Assembly (NCBI GenBank): GCA_051439505.1
Contig: JBFRWI010000116.1
Coordinates: 1-21,391, forward strand
DNA length: 21,391 nt
Reading direction: 5' to 3'
Source: Hormoscilla sp.
GTDB taxonomy: Bacteria > Cyanobacteriota > Cyanobacteriia > Cyanobacteriales > Desertifilaceae
In this document: piece by piece, positions 15,110 to 21,391 of the stretch
Layout of the letters: each line of letters opens with the position of its first letter
How positions within the stretch are numbered: the stretch's first letter is position 1
The notes under the pieces: model-generated
What the model saw: only the letters and a program-made list of their open reading frames with translations
Databases searched by the model: none
What the model was told of the DNA's origin: nothing
Position numbers and translations under genes: made by a program

Positions 15110-18049
15110 TCAAGGGGATAGGAGTTCTTCTGCCGGTAAAATCTCTTCCACTGGTCGAATAATTGCTGGGGATGCTGGTTGTGGGGATGGTTGCTGGAAA
15201 ATCTGCTGGAATGCTTGTGATAAGGTTTGGGCCATAACGATGCGGTTTTGGTAAACTACGATCACTCGCACTAATGTAGGTAAACTGTTTTGGGTGGCTT
15301 CCAGATACAGAGGTTCGACGTATAGCAGGGATTGTTCGATCGGGATGACCAAGAGATTTCCTTGTACTGCCCGGGAACCCTGCTGATTCCAGAGGGAAAT
15401 TTGCCCGGAGATTTCTGGGTCTTGATTGATCAGGGCATCAATTTGTTCCGAACCATAGATCAATTGCTGTTTGGGAAACTTGTACAGCAGTAGCTTACCA
15501 TATTGTTCGCCATCGGAGCGACCCGCGAGCCAGGCGATCATGTTGTTACGACTGACAGGTGTAAAGGGGTGCAACAGGATCAATTCTTCTGCTGTTTCGG
15601 TCGGCAGCTTCATGATTAAATAGTAGGGTTCGATCGCTTGGGTTTCATTGCCATAGATTTCTCGGGGTACGCGCCACTGATCTTCCCGGTTGTAAAATAC
15701 CTGGGTATCTGTCATGTGATAGGTTAACAAGCGCTCGGATTGAATGTTGAACATGTCCTCGGGATAGCGAATATGCACTTGCAGGGTAATTGGCAGGGCC
15801 GACAGCGGTTGGAACATATCGGGAAAAATTGACTGCCAGGTGGCGATCATTGGGTCTAGGGGATCGGCTATGAAAAATTGCACGTCGCCGTTATAGGCGT
15901 CAATGATGACCTTGACCGAGTTGCGGATGTAGTTAAAGGGGTGTTCTCCCGGGTCGGAATAGGGGTAGCGATCGCTCGTCGTATAGGCATCTATAATCCA
16001 GTAAAGATAATTGTTCGCCTGCCAGCGATCGTCGGAGTCATATAGATCGGTGTTGGCCACCACCAGGTAAGGGTCGCTGTCGAACTGCAAGAATGGGGCG
16101 ATCGCCCGGATCCGCTGATTGATATTACGACGGAACAGCACCTTAGTTTCCGGCGTGAAGTACCTAGTCAGCAGCATCTGCCAATTCTTCAGATACTTAG
16201 CAAACAAAACCCTGCGCCACGCCGAACCAATAGAGACACCGCCCGTGCCATCATAATGGTTGTGGACATTTTCATCGCCACTAGGATAGTCCAATTCCGG
16301 TTCCAAACTGGGGATCGTCACGTAGTTATTGGTGAGTTCGCCGTAATAAATCCGAGGCTTGCCGATGGGAATACTATCGCGAATGCGTTGACTTTTTGTC
16401 CAGAGACTGCCTTCACCTGTTTCGTCATCAACCCCCAGATCCTTAACAAAGTAGTCTGGCAGACCTTCGGGAGTAGCAGTATTTACAGGAGACATGGTAA
16501 AGCCATAGCCGTGGGTGTAGACTAAGTGTTCGTTTACCCAGGTTTGTGCCTGGGAAGGAACCTCCGAGTAGTCTAACTCCCGCCCTACCAATATCACCTG
16601 TTGCTTTTCTGTCCGGTCTGAATCTTCTGCTTTGAGGGTGTAGCGTTCGATATCAGCATCTTTAAATTTGTAGTAGAGGCGAATTTGTTGCAGCTGGCGA
16701 TTTGTTTGCAGCAGGGGACGAGTATCCCAGAGGCGAATGTTTTTAATCGTCAGTTGATTATTTTGCAGGTCAGAGAATGTGAGGTTACCTTGAGGGGCGA
16801 AGGGTTGGACTTCAATATCTTCTAGACCAAAGGCAGCCCGGGTAAAAGAGATGCTACGTTCGATGTAGGGAGTTTCCCTTTCCAGTTCGTTAGGTTGGAC
16901 GACCAGACTTTGCACTACTTCTGGCACCAGATAGGTGGTGGCACCGGCAATTGCGAGAAACAAGACGATCGTATAGACTATATAAGGCCAGAGGTTCTTT
17001 TTTCTCGACAAGAAAATCACTCGCAGCAGCAGGATAATGACGATCGCCCCTGCCAACCAACTCAGAAACGAGATCAGGGGCAACTGAGTAGTAACATCGG
17101 TATAGGAAGCACCGTAAGTTACCCCCCGTGGAGAATATAGCAATTCATAACGGGATAGCCAATAGCTGTAGGCGACGCTGAACAAGACGCCAGCGGTATT
17201 CAGTTGCAAGTGGCGTCTTTGGCGGACTGAAAATCCCGGAAATATCCCTTGAGACAGGCTGTTGCCCGATAGTAAGTATACTAAGGCGATCGCTACTAGA
17301 GTGAATACAGACAATACCACTAGCCAAAATTCTAGCAAGTGCAATACTGGTAAGGTGAAGACATAAAAGCTGATATCCTGGCCGAATAGCGGATCGGTGC
17401 TGTTAAAGGGGGTAGGATGGAAATACTGTAATATCCTGGCCCAATGTCCAGACAGGATCAAACCAAAGCCCAAACTCATGGCTATAGCGATCGCGCTTAA
17501 TACCCATTCTGCGGCCATGCATATCGCTATTGGCAAACCCAACAAAAAAACCAGTTCTATGGGGCGATCGGGCAGTTGCTGGATCGTCTGTAAAATTGAT
17601 TCCGGTCGAAAGCGCGGCGGCAGTTCTGGATAGGCCATCGTTGCTGACTGGTTCGGATGCCAATAATCGATCGCCACATTTCCATATTGCACTAACAGCA
17701 ACCCTAAAAGCAGAGTTAATCCCAGCACCCAAAATAGCAACCAGCCTAAAACTATCTTTTTGCTATTCTCTTTATTATTCTCTTTATATCTTGCTTCTGG
17801 TAGGTTTCGGGGATGTTTTAGTCTCGAAGCTACTCCCAGATTTCCCAGCATTAACATCCCCGACAACCACATCCCGATCGCCCACAATATGCCCTTGGTT
17901 TTTATCCGCAACATAAATGCCGATAAATAACCTACTTCTTCAAACCATAAACCTTCTGCTACTAGATATGATATCACGTCAATGGCCAACCACAGTCCCA
18001 GTCCCAGGACGATCGCCCAACTGCTTCTTTTTTTCAACCATACTAACAT
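15110..18049 (-). CDS. UPF0182 family membrane protein
   Basis: [71 protein letters not shown]. Confidence 0.95.
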   Translation of the reverse strand: MLVWLKKRSSWAIVLGLGLWLAIDVISYLVAEGLWFEEVGYLSAFMLRIKTKGILWAIGMWLSGMLMLGNLGVASRLKHPRNLPEARYKENNKENSKKIVLGWLLFWVLGLTLLLGLLLVQYGNVAIDYWHPNQSATMAYPELPPRFRPESILQTIQQLPDRPIELVFLLGLPIAICMAAEWVLSAIAIAMSLGFGLILSGHWARILQYFHPTPFNSTDPLFGQDISFYVFTLPVLHLLEFWLVVLSVFTLVAIALVYLLSGNSLSQGIFPGFSVRQRRHLQLNTAGVLFSVAYSYWLSRYELLYSPRGVTYGASYTDVTTQLPLISFLSWLAGAIVIILLLRVIFLSRKKNLWPYIVYTIVLFLAIAGATTYLVPEVVQSLVVQPNELERETPYIERSISFTRAAFGLEDIEVQPFAPQGNLTFSDLQNNQLTIKNIRLWDTRPLLQTNRQLQQIRLYYKFKDADIERYTLKAEDSDRTEKQQVILVGRELDYSEVPSQAQTWVNEHLVYTHGYGFTMSPVNTATPEGLPDYFVKDLGVDDETGEGSLWTKSQRIRDSIPIGKPRIYYGELTNNYVTIPSLEPELDYPSGDENVHNHYDGTGGVSIGSAWRRVLFAKYLKNWQMLLTRYFTPETKVLFRRNINQRIRAIAPFLQFDSDPYLVVANTDLYDSDDRWQANNYLYWIIDAYTTSDRYPYSDPGEHPFNYIRNSVKVIIDAYNGDVQFFIADPLDPMIATWQSIFPDMFQPLSALPITLQVHIRYPEDMFNIQSERLLTYHMTDTQVFYNREDQWRVPREIYGNETQAIEPYYLIMKLPTETAEELILLHPFTPVSRNNMIAWLAGRSDGEQYGKLLLYKFPKQQLIYGSEQIDALINQDPEISGQISLWNQQGSRAVQGNLLVIPIEQSLLYVEPLYLEATQNSLPTLVRVIVVYQNRIVMAQTLSQAFQQIFQQPSPQPASPAIIRPVEEILPAEELLSP

Positions 18050-18102
18050 TGCTTGTTAATTGCTCATTGCCAATTGTTAATTGCTCATAGGTGCATTTAG
18101 AT

Positions 18103-18177
18103 GCAGGGGCGAAGCATTTCCCATGTCTATCTATCAACTTATGACATAATTTCATCAAGGAAATGCTTCGCCCCTAC
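18103..18177. repeat. GTAG-family REP doublet (GGGGCGAAGCATT type)
   Basis: GCAGGGGCGAAGCATTTCC...GGAAATGCTTCGCCCCTAC inverted repeat, next to heptamer repeats at ~18048-18088. Confidence 0.85.
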
Positions 18178-18207
18178 AGATTCACCTGCAAATCTGAAAT
18201 CCACCCA

Positions 18208-18257
18208 TTGCTAATTGTTAATTGTCAGGGATACAACTAACAATTAACAACTAACAA
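18208..18257 (-). terminator. Inverted heptamer repeats forming a hairpin downstream of hemA
   Basis: TTGCTAATTGTTAATTGT / ACAACTAACAATTAACAA. Confidence 0.5.
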
Positions 18258-18264
18258 CTTTCCT

Positions 18265-19563
18265 TTAGCTGTACTGCTGGCCGGATATTGCTTCCATTTC
18301 CAGATTAAACAGCATTTTTAATGTTTCCATGGCGTGGCGTCTGGCCTCTATATCCTGCTGCGCCCGCAACTGCACCATTGGGTCGTGAAGAATTTTATTG
18401 ACTATGCCACGAGTCAATGCTTCGATCACTTCTTGATGCTTTTCGGCAAATTCCGAACCCAACCTCGACAAAGCTTTTTCTAACTCTTGTTCCCGAATGG
18501 TTTCTATTTTGCTCCGCAAGCTATTGATTGTCGGCACCGTTTCCAGACTGCGCCACCACACTTCAAATGCTTCGCATTCCTCTTCTAACATCAGTGCAGC
18601 TTCCTGAGCCATCTGACGGCGGCTTTCCGTATTTTGAGCCACCACCGCCTTCAAGTCATCCACATTAAACGCCTGCACGTTACTCAGATGATTCACATCG
18701 GCATCCACATTGCGCGGCACCGAAATATCAAACAGCATTAGCGAGCGATCGCCATCCACCACTGCTTCTAGTTTAGCACGATTTAGCAGCGGCTTGGTAG
18801 CTCCCGTACTGGTAAACACTATATCCGAGGCCGCGATCTCATTCATCATTTCCGAGAGGGGATGTAACAGCAACTCAGCATTTTGGAACTGACTTGCCAA
18901 CTCTTCCGCCCGCTGCATAGAACGATTGATAATTGAGATTTTCGTTGCCCCTTTTGCCAGCAGGTGCTGCACTAGCAAGCGGGACATTTTCCCCGCCCCC
19001 ACTATAGCGATTTTGCAAGCTGCGAGATTTTCCACCTTCACTTGGGCCAATTCTACCGCCGCCGAACTGATGGAAACCGCACCCGTACCAATATTTGTTT
19101 CCGTGCGGACTCTTTTTCCTGCCGTGATCGCCTGCTTCAACAATCTATTGAGGATCCGTCCTACGCCCTTATACTGCTGACCCAGCTTGTGAGCTTGCTT
19201 CACCTGAGAGAGAATTTGTCCTTCCCCTAACACCAGGCTATCCAAACCTGCTGCAACCCGCATCAGGTGCATCACCGCGTCTTCTCGCAGTAAAATAAAT
19301 AAATGAGGACGTAACTGATGACCTGGAGTTTTGCTGCGATCGCCTAGAAACTGGGTCACTTCCCAGACCCCCTGTTGAGCCGAGTTCGTCACGATGTAAA
19401 TTTCTAGTCTGTTGCAGGTACTAATGATCGCAACTTCTTCTATATTTGGATAGTTCTTTAATGCTGCGATCGCCCCTTCTATTTGCGGTTCGGGAATGCT
19501 AAGTTTTTCCCTTACTTCCACCGGTGCTGTCTTATGGCTCAAACCTACTACTGCAATGTTCAT
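18265..19563 (-). CDS. hemA: Glutamyl-tRNA reductase
   Basis: [55 protein letters not shown]. Confidence 0.98.
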   Translation of the reverse strand: MNIAVVGLSHKTAPVEVREKLSIPEPQIEGAIAALKNYPNIEEVAIISTCNRLEIYIVTNSAQQGVWEVTQFLGDRSKTPGHQLRPHLFILLREDAVMHLMRVAAGLDSLVLGEGQILSQVKQAHKLGQQYKGVGRILNRLLKQAITAGKRVRTETNIGTGAVSISSAAVELAQVKVENLAACKIAIVGAGKMSRLLVQHLLAKGATKISIINRSMQRAEELASQFQNAELLLHPLSEMMNEIAASDIVFTSTGATKPLLNRAKLEAVVDGDRSLMLFDISVPRNVDADVNHLSNVQAFNVDDLKAVVAQNTESRRQMAQEAALMLEEECEAFEVWWRSLETVPTINSLRSKIETIREQELEKALSRLGSEFAEKHQEVIEALTRGIVNKILHDPMVQLRAQQDIEARRHAMETLKMLFNLEMEAISGQQYS

Positions 19564-19648
19564 ACACTCCTGTTTGCTTTTTGACGATCATCAGCTGGGC
19601 CAAGTTCATGATTCATTGCCCCGAGCAATAAACCATGAACAACGAGTC

Positions 19649-20689
19649 CTAATGCAATGCCAGAGTTCTTGGGTATTCTGTCATATGGATAGTATCAACA
19701 AATCTTGCTGTTTTCGACTGGCTGGAGATCACCAAACTTTGAGTCCGGGCGCCGCCGTGGAAATACCGCACCCCTTCCATCAGGGTTCCTGGAGTAATCC
19801 CGCAAGCTGCGAACAGCACCGTTTCGCCATTAGCCAGCTCCTCAGCATTATATACCTTATCTGGGTCTTCAATGCCCATTTCTTTGAGCCGAGCGATGTT
19901 GCTCTCTTTGCTTTCGCCAATCAATCCCGTCTTGACTATTTCTGGATCGTATATCAGCTGTCCTTGGAAGTGACCTCCCAAGCAGCGCATAGCGGCGGCA
20001 GAGATTACACCTTCTGGTGCCGCACCAATGCCCATCAGGGCGTGGATGTTAGTACCCGAAAACGCACAGCACAGAGCAGCTGATACATCCCCATCGCTGA
20101 TCAGTCGCACCCGGGCCCCCGCTTGGCGGATTTCGTTAATCAGGTCTTTGTGACGGGGGCGGTCCATCACCACCACCACCAGTTCCTCAACCGTGCGGTC
20201 CATGCAATCTGAGATGATTTTCAGGTTTTCCGTGGCTGTTTTGCGGATATCTACATGGTTTTTAGCCGCCGCCGGTGCTGCCAGTTTCTTCATGTAGAAG
20301 TCTGGCGCTGCGAACAAACCGCCTTTTTCTGAGATTGCCAATACCGCCATTGAGCCCGGTTGCCCATAAGCCACCAGGTTCGTGCCTTCACAGGGGTCAA
20401 CCGCGATGTCAATTTCCATCAGTTCGTCGGGATTGCAGACCTCTTTGGCATCTTCCTGGGTACAAATGCCTACTTCTTCACCGATATAGAGCATCGGTGC
20501 TTCGTCCCGTTCCCCTTCACCGATCACGATGCGTCCGCGCATGTGAATTTCGTTCATCCGCTTCCGCATGGCTTCGACTGCCACTTGATCGGCAGTGTTT
20601 TTTTCTCCTTTGCCCATCCACCGGGCCGAGGCGATCGCAGCTTGCTCGACCACCTCAATAATTTCTAGACCTATCGTGCTCTCTATCAC
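19649..20689 (-). CDS. glpX: Class II fructose-1,6-bisphosphatase / sedoheptulose-1,7-bisphosphatase
   Basis: [61 protein letters not shown] start at 20689 behind AGGAGG. Confidence 0.97.
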   Translation of the reverse strand: MIESTIGLEIIEVVEQAAIASARWMGKGEKNTADQVAVEAMRKRMNEIHMRGRIVIGEGERDEAPMLYIGEEVGICTQEDAKEVCNPDELMEIDIAVDPCEGTNLVAYGQPGSMAVLAISEKGGLFAAPDFYMKKLAAPAAAKNHVDIRKTATENLKIISDCMDRTVEELVVVVMDRPRHKDLINEIRQAGARVRLISDGDVSAALCCAFSGTNIHALMGIGAAPEGVISAAAMRCLGGHFQGQLIYDPEIVKTGLIGESKESNIARLKEMGIEDPDKVYNAEELANGETVLFAACGITPGTLMEGVRYFHGGARTQSLVISSQSKTARFVDTIHMTEYPRTLALH

Positions 20690-20903
20690 TGGATTAGAAG
20701 CCTCCTGAGTCAATCCCAATCTTAGTTCATCGTACTTCGGTAGGTATCAGTGCTGCGTTTAACCCTCACAAATCCAACAAGTAGATCCGTGCTTGGATAA
20801 CAAAGCGCATCGCGCTCAGGCCGCAGCCCGATCTAGCTCAAGGCGTAACGCCCCGAGCGCTTATAGTAGCAGCCAGGGCTAGCCATCCACTGCTAATTTC
20901 AAG

Positions 20904-20980
20904 CTTAGTACACAAAAAAGCAAAAAGCCAGTAATCTACCGGATTTGCCGCTCTCAAGTAATAAGTTTTTGTGTACTTAG
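20904..20980. repeat. Small MITE-like inverted repeat
   Basis: CTTAGTACACAAAAA ... TTTTTGTGTACTTAG (12-bp perfect core at 20907-20918 and 20966-20977). Confidence 0.55.
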
Positions 20981-21097
20981 TCGCAACTCCTATCAGGATT
21001 CCCATAGTAAATCCTAAAACCCTTACGGGATAAGGATTTTAGACCTGGATCTAGAAAGCAATGGGCAAATTATACTCAAAATTATACTCAAAGTGCC

Positions 21098-21274
21098 ATG
21101 ACTAAGAGCAATCAGCAAAGAAAAGTCGATCGCCGGTGCAAGAGCAAGAGTAAGAGTGATCGCCGGTGCAAGAGCAAGAGTGATCGCCGGTACAAGGGCA
21201 AGGTCGGGGTCCGATCCTCTAATGGCCGTTTAAGCTTGCGCCTCCCCCGATCATTATTTGACGGAGAGTTGTGA
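21098..21274 (+). pseudogene. Truncated N-terminus of a tyrosine-recombinase-like protein (arm-binding-domain-like), 58 aa
   Basis: My translation: MTKSNQQRKVDRRCKSKSKSDRRCKSKSDRRYKGKVGVRSSNGRLSLRLPRSLFDGEL*; the KGKVGV..SNGRL.LRLPR.LF.G segment resembles cyanobacterial integrase N-termini. Confidence 0.5.
21128..21204. repeat. Three tandem 23-30-bp repeats GATCGCCGGTGCAAGAGCAAGAGT
   Basis: Units at 21128-21157, 21158-21181 and 21182-21204. Confidence 0.85.
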
Positions 21275-21391
21275 CTAAGTGCCCGAAAACCTACACATCT
21301 CTCACACAAGCCACGAAAATTCAGTATCGTCGAGATTGTTATCGGTAGCGAAACTTTTTGCTATTTCCGTATTCTCGCGCTTTCCTGCAGA

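Noticed and set aside
19604..19640. Imperfect hairpin between glpX and hemA
   Set aside because: Built from ordinary heptamer-like repeats and lacks a U-tract; not enough to call a terminator or regulatory RNA
21128..21204. Three short repeats that could suggest a mini-CRISPR
   Set aside because: No unique spacers; the units are directly tandem and in frame within an ORF, and no cas genes are in the window

Overview
A 21.4 kb window from a cyanobacterium, probably a filamentous Oscillatoriales-type strain. This rests on frequent HIP1 octamers (GCGATCGC), heptamer tandem repeats and several families of REP-like palindromes. The left half (1-10.7 kb) looks accessory. It has an nfeD-SPFH pair followed by five tandem, mosaic type IV pilin-like genes bracketed by inverted copies of a two-hairpin repeat. 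Next come an AAA_35-WD40 gene and an unannotated, strongly structured ~200-nt RNA candidate with its own promoter and terminator, lying between two HIP1-bounded direct repeats. A heavily deleted caspase/STAND-NTPase pseudogene follows, divergent from a small acidic protein plus a coiled-coil/2-TM protein that may be the remains of a conflict system. The right half is mostly housekeeping (pgi, nucleoside 2-deoxyribosyltransferase, RelE-like TA pair, UPF0182, hemA, glpX), with MITE/REP insertions and a truncated integrase-like fragment at the far end. All family assignments come from motif recognition; no database searches were run.
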